A DNA stretch of 64,000 bases, taken from contig CAWFKH010000001.1 of NCBI GenBank assembly GCA_963816355.1, forward strand, positions 576,001 through 640,000, written 5' to 3'. The translations under genes were made by a program, and so were the position numbers. Positions 1 to 8,928 of the stretch are shown here, one piece after another. Under the pieces are notes generated by a model, which saw only the letters and a program-made list of their open reading frames with translations, was not told the DNA's origin and ran no database searches. How positions within the stretch are numbered: the stretch's first letter is position 1; each line of letters opens with the position of its first letter. This stretch comes from an uncultured Gemmatimonadales bacterium. GTDB lineage: Bacteria > Gemmatimonadota > Gemmatimonadetes > Longimicrobiales > RSA9.

Positions 1-1
1 G

Positions 2-1492
2 CACGTACCAGAGCGGGAAGGTGTCGTTGTCACCGTTGGTGAAGAGGACGCCGTACGGCTCGACGCTCATGAGCAGGTTGTAGCCCCAGTCGCGGGCGGC
101 GTAGTCGTGGGCGCGCGAGGCCCAGCCCCAGTTGAGGAGCAGCGGCACCAGGGCGACGGCGAGGATCGGCGAGGCGGTGAGGTAGGCGCGGCCCCAGCTC
201 AGGCGCGGCACGAAGTCCTGCGCGAAGCGGCGCCAGAGCGACGCGATGCCGATCCCGGCCCACAGCCCCCAGACGGAGAAGCTGACGAGGAAGAAGTAAT
301 CGCGCTCGCGCACCTCGTGCATGTCGCGGTCGGGCGCCTTCGCGAGGTTGTACGAGTAGCCGTACTTGAAGTTGAGGTAGAGCACGAGGCCGAGCGAAAG
401 CGTGGCGAAGAGCACGAAGAGGTAGGCCCAGCTCACGCGGTCGCGGCGGTAGTGCTCCCAGGTGCCGTAGAGGCCGAGCGCGGCGAAGACGATCGTCACC
501 ACAGGCCGCATGCCGCCGAAGAGCGAGACGCCGCCCGCGATCGAGCGCGCCCACTGCCAGTCGAAGTACTCGAGGTAGTTCCCGATCTGTGCCATGACGA
601 GCCCGATTGAGCGCGGAATGTCGCGTCCGGGCAGCGTCGGATCGAGGAAGATCGACGGCTTGTCGTACTGCTTGCGTGCGAGCGACGCGAGCAGCGCGTG
701 CCAGGTGCTGGGGTCCGCCTCGTTGATGACGGGGTCGAGCGTGGCGCGCAGCGGCAGGAAGAGGTGGATCGAGAGCCCGACCACGATGGCGGCGGCCGCA
801 GCGGCGTAGAGCCTCCAGTTGCCGAGCGTGCGCGGCTCGACGAAGAGGATGAAGAGCACGAGCGCGGGTGCGGCGAGGAACGCCATCAGGTGGTTGCCGA
901 CGGAGAGCGCGAGAATGAAGACCATCAGCAGGACGATGTTGTCGTCCTTCCCCTCGCCGAGGTGGTCGCGCCACACGAACGCGAGCCAGGAGAGGAGCGC
1001 GATCGTGAAGAGGGAGACGGTATAGACCTTCTCGTTCACGTCCGACTGGTTCCACACCGTGAAGGCGGTGGCGCTGACGATCACGGCGATGGTCGCGCCG
1101 ACCATGCGGAACCGGCGGTCGAGCGTGGTGAAGGCGAGGATGCGGTCGACGACGAGGAACCAGCAGCCGTGCGCGAGCGCGCCCATCGTCGCGCTGAAGA
1201 GATTGATGCGCACGGCGACCGGCAGCCCCGTGGGCGAGAGCAGCACGTCCCAGGCGCGGGCGAGCACCACGAAGAGCGGGTTCCCCGGCGGGTGCGGAAT
1301 GCCGAAGATGTGCGCCGTTGCGATGTACTCGCTGGTGTCCCAGAAGGCGGTGGTCGGCGCGAGGGTGAAGGCGTAGAGCAGCCATACGCCAAGGGTCACC
1401 AGGGCGGCCGCCTTGTAGGGCGGCGCGTAGGTGGGGGGAGCGCCCGTGGCGGTCGGCGCCTCGTCGGAACGTATCGTGGTGCTCGCGTTCAT
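2..1492 (-). CDS. DUF2723 family multi-pass membrane protein (putative GT-C glycosyltransferase), runs off the window edge
   Basis: Manual translation from ATG at 1492: TLAPTTAFWDTSEYIATAHIFGIPHPPGNPLF, HEVRERDYFF, LFTNGDNDTFPLWY; many TM helices. Absent from the ORF track because there is no stop in the window. Confidence 0.85.
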   Translation of the reverse strand, partial: MNASTTIRSDEAPTATGAPPTYAPPYKAAALVTLGVWLLYAFTLAPTTAFWDTSEYIATAHIFGIPHPPGNPLFVVLARAWDVLLSPTGLPVAVRINLFSATMGALAHGCWFLVVDRILAFTTLDRRFRMVGATIAVIVSATAFTVWNQSDVNEKVYTVSLFTIALLSWLAFVWRDHLGEGKDDNIVLLMVFILALSVGNHLMAFLAAPALVLFILFVEPRTLGNWRLYAAAAAAIVVGLSIHLFLPLRATLDPVINEADPSTWHALLASLARKQYDKPSIFLDPTLPGRDIPRSIGLVMAQIGNYLEYFDWQWARSIAGGVSLFGGMRPVVTIVFAALGLYGTWEHYRRDRVSWAYLFVLFATLSLGLVLYLNFKYGYSYNLAKAPDRDMHEVRERDYFFLVSFSVWGLWAGIGIASLWRRFAQDFVPRLSWGRAYLTASPILAVALVPLLLNWGWASRAHDYAARDWGYNLLMSVEPYGVLFTNGDNDTFPLWYV

Positions 1493-1567
1493 GGCTCGTT
1501 TCGGGGATCCGACCCGGCGCACCCACCGGCGCGGGGCAAGCCGCAAAGGTAACCGGGGCAGCGTGGG

Positions 1568-2299
1568 TCAGTCGAGGGTGAACGATGCGTGAACCGTGAC
1601 CGTGATCTCCTTGCGGCGCGTTCCGGTGTTGTGGATCCCGTAGGCGGCGACCTCCGTCGAGTACGGCTCGGTGATCTGGAAGACGCCGGCGCGCGCGTCG
1701 ACGAGGCGGCCGGCGTGGCGGTCGGAGCTGCCGGCGATGCGCTCGGCGCGCGCGCGGGCGTCGCGCGTGGCGGCGGCGAGCAGATCGCGCTTGATGCCGT
1801 CGAGCGCGGCGTAGTAGTACTCGAGTTGGGAGCCTTCCAGCACGAGCCCGGCGGCGAGCAGGTCGCCCGGATCGAGCGCCCACCCCTCCACGCGGTCGAT
1901 GTCGTCCGAGACGACGAAGAGGCTCTGGTTGACCTGGTAGGCGGTGAGTTCGCCGGACCGGTCGAAGATCGGGTTCGCGTTGGGCGGCTGCAGGCTCACG
2001 GCGGAGTCGGGCAGGCCCTGGGCGCGGAATCGCTCGACCAGACGGTCGACGTCGCCCTTCATCTCGGCGTAGCCGCCGCGCAGCTGCTGCGGCGAGACGC
2101 GCCGGCCGAGCGTGATGCGCCACTTGACGATGTCCGAGTCGAAGCGGCGCGTCGCCGCGCCGACGGTCTCGACGGTGTCGTGGCGCGCGCGGGACGAGTA
2201 GAGGAATGCGCCGAAGACCGTCGCGGCGGCGACGAGGCCGAGCGCGAGGATCGCGGCGGGCAGTGCACGGCCGCCGGCGCGCGGTTCGACATCGCTCAT
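1568..2299 (-). CDS. SIMPL (DUF541) domain protein
   Basis: N-terminal TM helix; ATRDARARAERIA...GRLVDARAGVFQIT...KEITVTVHASFTL. Confidence 0.85.
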   Translation of the reverse strand: MSDVEPRAGGRALPAAILALGLVAAATVFGAFLYSSRARHDTVETVGAATRRFDSDIVKWRITLGRRVSPQQLRGGYAEMKGDVDRLVERFRAQGLPDSAVSLQPPNANPIFDRSGELTAYQVNQSLFVVSDDIDRVEGWALDPGDLLAAGLVLEGSQLEYYYAALDGIKRDLLAAATRDARARAERIAGSSDRHAGRLVDARAGVFQITEPYSTEVAAYGIHNTGTRRKEITVTVHASFTLD

Positions 2300-2308
2300 C
2301 GGCCGTCC

Positions 2309-2923
2309 TCAGAAGACGATCACGGAGAGGCCCGCCATGCCGAAGAGGTCGTGCTGCAGGCGGGTTCCCGAGTCGGCGCGGAAGGAGCTGATGTAGTCGC
2401 TCAGCTCCGCCGTCAGCGCGAGCGGGCCGACGCGGAAGTCGGCGCCGAGTCCGAGGTGAGCGGCGAAGTCCGACTGGTTGCGATCGAAGATCTGCTGCAG
2501 GTCGAAGCTGGTGAGCGTCTGCTTGTCGATGTTGTAGCGCTTCAGACCCGCGCCGACGAGCGCGTATGGCGAGAAGAAGAGGATCGGCGCGGGCCGCAGG
2601 ACCAGGTCGACGGTGCTCGCGAGCAGCGTCACGCCGCCGGAGCCCGCGCTCCCCACGCCGTCGGAGAAGGAGACCTTGGTGTCCGTCGCGTAATCGAAGC
2701 CCACGCGGAGTCGCGGCAGCACTGGCAGCTTGAACTCGGCGGAGAGGCCGAGGGCGAGGCTGCCGTCCAGCTTGCGCAGGTCGCCGTTGACGCTCCCCAG
2801 GTCGGAAGCGGGGACGAAGGCGCCGATGCGCGGCCGCAGCTCGAGCGTCTGGGCGGCCGCGGGGGCGTGTGCGGCCAGAAGGGGCGCCGCGCCCGCGGCG
2901 AGGGTCAGGAGGAGCTTCCGCAT
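2309..2923 (-). CDS. Outer-membrane beta-barrel protein
   Basis: Signal peptide MRKLLLTLAAG, amphipathic strands (PYALVGAG, AHLGLGADF), C-terminal Phe. Confidence 0.7.
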   Translation of the reverse strand: MRKLLLTLAAGAAPLLAAHAPAAAQTLELRPRIGAFVPASDLGSVNGDLRKLDGSLALGLSAEFKLPVLPRLRVGFDYATDTKVSFSDGVGSAGSGGVTLLASTVDLVLRPAPILFFSPYALVGAGLKRYNIDKQTLTSFDLQQIFDRNQSDFAAHLGLGADFRVGPLALTAELSDYISSFRADSGTRLQHDLFGMAGLSVIVF

Positions 2924-3021
2924 CGTCCATCTCCGTTCGCTGGTTCGCCCGCGCGGCGCGCCCGCGGCGGGATCGTGGACCCACGTAGCTCCCTGTGATA
3001 CGGCCGCGGCGCGTCCGGAGT

Positions 3022-5118
3022 TCACTCGTCGGCGCCGGCGACCGGCGCGTGGGGAGCCGGTTCCCCGTCGGCGCTGGCGAGAAGCGCGCCATCGCGCAGG
3101 ACCGTGGCGCTCCAGCCGGGCGGCAGCCACGTCGTGGCGCTGTATTCGGTGAGGATCGCGGGGCCGCCGAAGCGCTGACCGGGCCGCAGCTCGCGCCGCA
3201 CGAGGTGACGCGCGGGCAGCCGCGTGCCGCGGAAGACGACGTCGCGACGCGCGCCGTCCTCGGCGGTTTCCGCCGCTCCCTCGGCGCTCCACAATGCGGC
3301 CCCGGTCCCGTCACCGGGCGCGACGGGCGAGCCCGCGTGGGAAACGGGGGCGGCGGGTGCGCTCGCGGCGACGCGCAGCGTGACGGCTTCGACCGGCTCG
3401 TCGAGGCGGTAGCCGTAACGGGCGAGGTGTGCGGCGTGGAAGGAGGCGGCCCAGCCGTCGGCGCCGACGCGCAGCTCGTAACTCTGGCCGCGGTAGCGCG
3501 CGTCCACGACGCGCTCGACCGTGAGGCCATCGCGCGCGAAGCCCTCTTCGCGCATCGCATCGACGGCGGCGGCCTCGAGCGCGGCGAGGGCGGCGGCGAG
3601 CGCGGCGGCGCCGTCGTCGTCGTCGTCCAGCAGCACGGTGCGGGAGGCTTCCCGGCGCACCGGCGAGACGAGCATGCCGAAGGCGGAGAGGACGCCGGGG
3701 TCGGGGGGCAGGAGGACGCGCGGCACGCCGAGCCGGGCGGCGAGCTCTGCGGCGTGCAGGCCCGCGGCGCCGCCGAACGGGAGCAGCGTGAAGTCGGCGG
3801 GGTCGTAGCCGCGCTCGACGCTGATCACGCGGAGCGCGCCCTCCATGGCGACGTCGGCGACCTCGACGATCCCCTCGGCGGCGGCGTCGGGGGAGAGGCC
3901 GAGCCGGTCGGCCAGGCGGCGGAGCGGGGCGGCGACGGCGTCGCGGTCGAGCGGCGTCTCGCCGGCGAGACGAGTGCCGGCGGGGATGCGGCCGAGCCAG
4001 AGGTGGGCGTCGGTGACGGTGACGTCGGCGCCGCCGCGGCCGTAGCAGACCGGCCCCGGCTCGGCGCCGGCGCTGCGCGGCCCCACGCGGAGGGCGCCGC
4101 CGGCGTCGACCCAGGCGATGGAGCCGCCGCCGGCTCCCACGGTGTGGATGTCGAGGACCGGCACGGCGACCGGCAGGCCGGCGATCTCGAAGTCGCGCGT
4201 GTGCAGCGGGTGGCCCGGACAGAGCGAGACGTCGGTCGAGGTGCCGCCCATGTCGAAGGTGAGGATGTCGCGGATGCCGGCGCGCCGCGCGTGCTCGAGC
4301 GCGCCCACCACGCCGCCGGCGGGGCCGGAGAGGACGGTGTGGACCGGCTCGCGGCGGGCACGCGCGAGCGGCAGCGCGCCGCCGCCGGAGCCCATGATGC
4401 GGACGCGCGCGGCGCCGGAGTCGTCCTCGATCCGGCCGAGGTAGCGGTCCATGCGCGGGGCGACGAAGGCGTTCACGACGGTCGTCGCGGTGCGCTCGTA
4501 CTCGCGGTACTCCGGCAGCAGCCGCGAGGAGACGGAGAGCGGCAGGCCGAGCGGCGCGAGCGCCTCCGCGACGCGCTCCTCGTGGCGCGGCTCCGCGTAG
4601 CTGTGGAGCAGGCAGATCGCGATCGACTCGGCGTCGGGCGGGAGGTCGCTCGCGAGCGACGCCAGCTCCGCTGCGTCCAGCGGCTCCACCTCCTCGCCGG
4701 CGGCGCCGATGCGGCCCGCCACGCCGACGCGGTGCGACGCGGGCACGAGCGGCGGCGGCCGGTGGCCGACCAGCGCGTAGAGCTGCGGCCGGTTCTGCCG
4801 CGCGATCTCGAGGACGTCCTCGAAGCCGCGGTTCGTGACCAGCACGACGCGCGCGCCGCTGCGCTCGAGCAGCGCGTTCGTCGCGACCGTCGAGCCGTGA
4901 ACGAGGAGGTACGGCGGCACGGCCGCCCGCGCCGCGCCACCGGCGGCCTCCCGGGTGCCGGCGCCGAGCACGGTGCGGATGCCGTCGAGCACGGCGCGCG
5001 CGGGGTCGCCGGGGGTCGAGGGCAGCTTGTGGATGCTCACGCGGCCGTCGCGCAGGAGCACGACGTCCGTGAAGGTGCCGCCGGTGTCGACCGCCACGAT
5101 CGTGGGGAGTTCCGCCAT
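3022..5118 (-). CDS. Hydantoinase/5-oxoprolinase family, ATP-binding A subunit
   Basis: VDTGGTFTD, HGSTVATNALLE, SGPAGG, DMGGTSTD, GAGGGS motifs; RBS GGAGG upstream of ATG 5118. Confidence 0.9.
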   Translation of the reverse strand: MAELPTIVAVDTGGTFTDVVLLRDGRVSIHKLPSTPGDPARAVLDGIRTVLGAGTREAAGGAARAAVPPYLLVHGSTVATNALLERSGARVVLVTNRGFEDVLEIARQNRPQLYALVGHRPPPLVPASHRVGVAGRIGAAGEEVEPLDAAELASLASDLPPDAESIAICLLHSYAEPRHEERVAEALAPLGLPLSVSSRLLPEYREYERTATTVVNAFVAPRMDRYLGRIEDDSGAARVRIMGSGGGALPLARARREPVHTVLSGPAGGVVGALEHARRAGIRDILTFDMGGTSTDVSLCPGHPLHTRDFEIAGLPVAVPVLDIHTVGAGGGSIAWVDAGGALRVGPRSAGAEPGPVCYGRGGADVTVTDAHLWLGRIPAGTRLAGETPLDRDAVAAPLRRLADRLGLSPDAAAEGIVEVADVAMEGALRVISVERGYDPADFTLLPFGGAAGLHAAELAARLGVPRVLLPPDPGVLSAFGMLVSPVRREASRTVLLDDDDDGAAALAAALAALEAAAVDAMREEGFARDGLTVERVVDARYRGQSYELRVGADGWAASFHAAHLARYGYRLDEPVEAVTLRVAASAPAAPVSHAGSPVAPGDGTGAALWSAEGAAETAEDGARRDVVFRGTRLPARHLVRRELRPGQRFGGPAILTEYSATTWLPPGWSATVLRDGALLASADGEPAPHAPVAGADE

Positions 5119-5184
5119 CCCGCCTCCTGTTGCGGCCGCTCGGCTCCTTGCGTGGGCGCCGCGCGGTTCCGACCTTGCCGGCCG

Positions 5185-6693
5185 ATGAGTACCCCGACTC
5201 CGGACTTCGCCGCGTTTCGCCGCCACGCCGCCGAGGGCGACCTCGTGCCGGTGTGGCGCGAGCTGCTCTTCGACACGGACACCGCCGTCACGGCGTACGC
5301 CAAGCTGCGCCGGCCGCCGTTCGGCTTCCTGCTCGAGTCCGTGGTCGGCGGCGAGAAGTGGGCCCGCTACACCTTCCTGGGCACCGAGCCGCGCGGCGCG
5401 TGGCGGCTCGACGCGGCTCCGGACGGTGGCGCGCTGACCCGCCGCTGGACGCCGGGGGGCGGCTGGTCGGACGCCACGCCGTCGGCGGACCCGCTCGCCG
5501 AGCTGGATGCGCTGCTGCGCGCGCGCACGCCGGTCGAGGTGCCGGGGCTGCCGCGCTTCGTCGGCGGCGCCGTAGGTTACCTCGGATACGACGTGGTGCG
5601 CCACATCGAGCGGCTGCCCGACGCGCCGCCGGACGACCTCGGGCTGCCCCAGGCGCTGCTGCTGCTGACCGACGTCGTCGTCGCGATCGACAACCTGTTC
5701 GGCCGCGCCCGCGTCATCGTGACGGTGGATGTCTCCGGCGCGGACGGGGAGGCGGAGCTGCGCCGCCGCTACGACGCCGGGCTGGAACGGATCGACGCGG
5801 TCGTGCGGCGGCTGGCGGAGGCGGCGCCGCCGGCGCCGGTCGAGCTCGGCGATCCGGCGGGCGACGTCGCGTTCGAGAGCCGTTACGCGCGCGCCGATTT
5901 CGAGCGGGACGTGGAGCGCATCCGCGATTACGTCCACGCGGGCGACGCGTTTCAGGTGGTGCTGAGCCAGCGGCTGTCGGTGCCGCTCGACGTGGAGCCG
6001 TTCTCGATCTACCGCGCGCTGCGTTCGCTGAACCCGTCGCCCTACCTGTACTTCCTGGAGCTGGACGGCGTGGATCTGGTCGGCTCCTCGCCGGAGGTGC
6101 TGGTGCGCGTGGAGGACGGCGGCGTGGTGGTGCGGCCGATCGCGGGCACGCGGCCGCGCGGCCGCACGGATGCGGAGGACGCGGCGCTGGAGCGCGATCT
6201 GCTCGCGGACGAGAAGGAGCGGGCGGAGCACCTGATGCTGGTCGACCTGGGGCGCAACAATGTCGGGCGCGTCGCGCGCTACGGCACGGTCACGGTGCCG
6301 GAGTACATGGGGATCGAGCGCTACAGCCACGTCCTCCACATCGTGAGCCAGGTCGAGGGGCGGCTGCGCGAGGGTCTCGGCGCGATCGACGTCTTCCGCG
6401 CCTGCTTCCCGGCGGGCACCGTGTCCGGCGCGCCGAAGATCCGGGCGATGCAGATCATCGACGAGCTGGAGCCGGTGCGGCGGGGACCGTACGCGGGCGC
6501 GGTCGGCTACTTCGCCTACGGCGGCCGGACCATGGACACGGCGATCGCGATCCGCACCCTCGTCGCCAGCGGCGGCCGCGCATGGGTCCAGGCCGGCGCG
6601 GGCATCGTGGCGGACTCGGTACCCGAGCGGGAATACGAGGAAACGCTGGCGAAGGCGCGCGCGCTGCTGGGCACGATGGGAAGGCTGCGATGA
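5185..6693 (+). CDS. trpE: Anthranilate synthase component I
   Basis: FLLESVVGGEKWARY, LNPSPY, GSSPE, PIAGTRPRG, EHLMLVDLGRN, FPAGTVSGAPK, DTAIAIRT. Confidence 0.92.
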   Translation: MSTPTPDFAAFRRHAAEGDLVPVWRELLFDTDTAVTAYAKLRRPPFGFLLESVVGGEKWARYTFLGTEPRGAWRLDAAPDGGALTRRWTPGGGWSDATPSADPLAELDALLRARTPVEVPGLPRFVGGAVGYLGYDVVRHIERLPDAPPDDLGLPQALLLLTDVVVAIDNLFGRARVIVTVDVSGADGEAELRRRYDAGLERIDAVVRRLAEAAPPAPVELGDPAGDVAFESRYARADFERDVERIRDYVHAGDAFQVVLSQRLSVPLDVEPFSIYRALRSLNPSPYLYFLELDGVDLVGSSPEVLVRVEDGGVVVRPIAGTRPRGRTDAEDAALERDLLADEKERAEHLMLVDLGRNNVGRVARYGTVTVPEYMGIERYSHVLHIVSQVEGRLREGLGAIDVFRACFPAGTVSGAPKIRAMQIIDELEPVRRGPYAGAVGYFAYGGRTMDTAIAIRTLVASGGRAWVQAGAGIVADSVPEREYEETLAKARALLGTMGRLR

Positions 6694-7649
6694 AGCGCAT
6701 ACTGGTGACCGGCGCGGCGGGTCAGATCGGATCGGAGCTCGTGCCGGCGCTGCGCGAACGCTACGGCGCCGACGACGTCGTCGCCTCCGACCTCCGCGCG
6801 CCCGCCGAGGCGGCGGTGGCGGGCGGTGGCGTCTACGAGGTGGTCGACTGCACGGACGCCGGGGCGCTCGCCGGCGTCGTCGCGCGCTACGACGTGGGAA
6901 CGATCTACCACCTCGCCGCGATCCTCTCGGCGACCGCGGAACGGAACCCGCAGAAGGCCTACCACGTCAACATGGACGGCCTCTTCAACGTGCTCGAGAT
7001 CGCGCGCCAGCGCGGCTGCGCCGTCTTCGCGCCCAGCTCGATCGCCGCGTTCGGGCCCGGAACGCCGCCCGACCCGGCGCCGCAGGACACGATCCAGCGG
7101 CCGAGCAGCATGTACGGCGTGACGAAGGTGGCCGGAGAGCTGCTCTGCGACTACTACCACCACCGCTACGGCGTCGACGCGCGCGGCGTGCGCTTCCCCG
7201 GCCTCGTCTCCTACGCGGCGCCGCCGGGCGGCGGCACCACCGACTGGGCGGTCGAGATCTTCCACCGCGCGCTGGAGGCGGGGCGCTACACGTGCTTCCT
7301 GGAGGCCGGGACGCAGCTCGACATGATGTACATGCCGGACGCGCTGCGCGCCGCGATCGAGCTGATGGAGGCCGACGACGCCCGCCTCGAGCACCGCAAC
7401 GCGTTCAACGTGACGGCGATGCAGTTGACGCCCGAGCGACTCGCGCACGCGATCCGCCGCCACCTGCCCGGCTTCGAGATCGACTACGACGTCGACCCGG
7501 TGCGGCAGGCGATCGCGGAATCGTGGCCGCGTCGCATCGACGACGCCGCCGCGCGCCGAGAGTGGGGATGGCGGCCCGCCTTCGACGCGGAAGCGATGAC
7601 GGCGGACATGATCGAACACCTGCGCGCGCGGCGCGCGGAAACCGCATGA
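6690..7649 (+). CDS. tdh: L-threonine 3-dehydrogenase (SDR/epimerase type)
   Basis: ILVTGAAGQIG, HLAAILSA, PSSIAAFG, YGVTK, PGGGTTD, MMYMPD; ATGA overlap with trpE; adjacent to kbl. Confidence 0.88.
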   Translation: MKRILVTGAAGQIGSELVPALRERYGADDVVASDLRAPAEAAVAGGGVYEVVDCTDAGALAGVVARYDVGTIYHLAAILSATAERNPQKAYHVNMDGLFNVLEIARQRGCAVFAPSSIAAFGPGTPPDPAPQDTIQRPSSMYGVTKVAGELLCDYYHHRYGVDARGVRFPGLVSYAAPPGGGTTDWAVEIFHRALEAGRYTCFLEAGTQLDMMYMPDALRAAIELMEADDARLEHRNAFNVTAMQLTPERLAHAIRRHLPGFEIDYDVDPVRQAIAESWPRRIDDAAARREWGWRPAFDAEAMTADMIEHLRARRAETA

Positions 7650-7665
7650 GAGCGAGGAGCGGACG

Positions 7666-8904
7666 ATGCCGCAGGACCGACTGAGCCGGGCGCTCGAGGC
7701 GCACGTCGAGGCGCTCGAGGCGAAGGGGACGGCGAAGGGAGCCGAGACGGTGGTGAGGCGCGTCCTGCCGGCGTCGGCGGAGCGCGGCCCGCGATTCCTG
7801 CTCGAAGGCGCCGGTGAGCGCGAGTTCATCCGCATGAACTCGAACTCGTACCTCGGCATGGGGCTGCGCCGCGAGGTGGTCGAGGCGGAGGAACGGGCGA
7901 CGCGCGAGTTCGGCGCCGGTCCCGGCGCGGTCCGCTTCATCAGCGGCACCTACGCGCCGCACGTCGCGCTGGAGCGGCGGCTCGCCGCTTTCCACGGCCG
8001 CGAGGCGGGGATGATCTTCTCTTCCGCCTACGCGACGATGGTCGGCATCCTCGCGCCGCTCGCGACGGACGCGACGATCGTGATCAGCGACGAGCTGAAC
8101 CACAACTGCATCATCAACGCGATCCGGCTCTCTCGCCCGCTCGACAAAGCGGTCTATCCGCACCTCGACGTCGCCGCGCTGGAGCGGGAAATCGAGCGCG
8201 CGAAGGGGCGCGCCCGCCGCGTTCTCGTCATCACCGACGGCATCTTCAGCATGCGCGGCGATCACGCCCCGCTCGACGAGATCATGACGGTGGCGCGGCG
8301 CCACGACGCGGACTTCGAGGAGAACGTGGTCGTGCTGGCCGACGACTCGCACGGCGTCGGCGCGTTCGGCGAGACCGGACGGGGCACCGAGGAGCACACC
8401 GGCTCGGGACCGGTGGACATCCTGGTCGGGACGCTCGGCAAGGCGTTCGGCGTGAACGGCGGTTACGTCGTCTCGGACCGCGCCACGATCCGCTTCTTCC
8501 GCGAGACGGCGCCGATGTACATCTACTCGAACCCGATCACCGTCGGCGAGGCGAGCGCGGCACTGGCCGCGCTCGAGCTGCTCGATGGCGACGCGGGACG
8601 CGGGCTGCTGGAACGGCTGCGCACCCTGACGAAACGCTTCGAGCGCGGCCTCGTCGAGCTCGGCTTCGAGATCATCCCTGGCGAGCACCCGGTCGTGCCG
8701 CTGATGGTTCGCGACACCGCGCGCACCCGCGCGCTGGTGCGCCACCTCCACGACAACGGCGTGCTCGCCACGGGCCTCGCCTATCCGGTCGTGCCGCGCG
8801 GCGACGAGGAGATCCGCTTCCAGGTCAACGCCGACCACACCGAGGCGGACATCGACCGCGTGCTCGAGGTGCTGGCGTCACACGAGGCATCGTCGAAGGA
8901 CTGA
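7666..8904 (+). CDS. kbl: Glycine C-acetyltransferase (2-amino-3-ketobutyrate CoA ligase)
   Basis: NSYLG, AVRFISGT, SDELNHNCII, DDSHGVG, GTLGKA; next to tdh. Confidence 0.88.
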   Translation: MPQDRLSRALEAHVEALEAKGTAKGAETVVRRVLPASAERGPRFLLEGAGEREFIRMNSNSYLGMGLRREVVEAEERATREFGAGPGAVRFISGTYAPHVALERRLAAFHGREAGMIFSSAYATMVGILAPLATDATIVISDELNHNCIINAIRLSRPLDKAVYPHLDVAALEREIERAKGRARRVLVITDGIFSMRGDHAPLDEIMTVARRHDADFEENVVVLADDSHGVGAFGETGRGTEEHTGSGPVDILVGTLGKAFGVNGGYVVSDRATIRFFRETAPMYIYSNPITVGEASAALAALELLDGDAGRGLLERLRTLTKRFERGLVELGFEIIPGEHPVVPLMVRDTARTRALVRHLHDNGVLATGLAYPVVPRGDEEIRFQVNADHTEADIDRVLEVLASHEASSKD

Positions 8905-8928
8905 GCCGCGGGCCAGCTTCGGCCGTGG

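Noticed and set aside
30..3560. 1176-aa minus-strand ORF and similar giant Arg/Pro/Ala-rich ORFs (e.g. 42963-47099 +, 27062-30103 -, 48986-51649 +)
   Set aside because: Shadow or alternate frames of real genes. Stops are scarce at this GC content and no family motifs are present.
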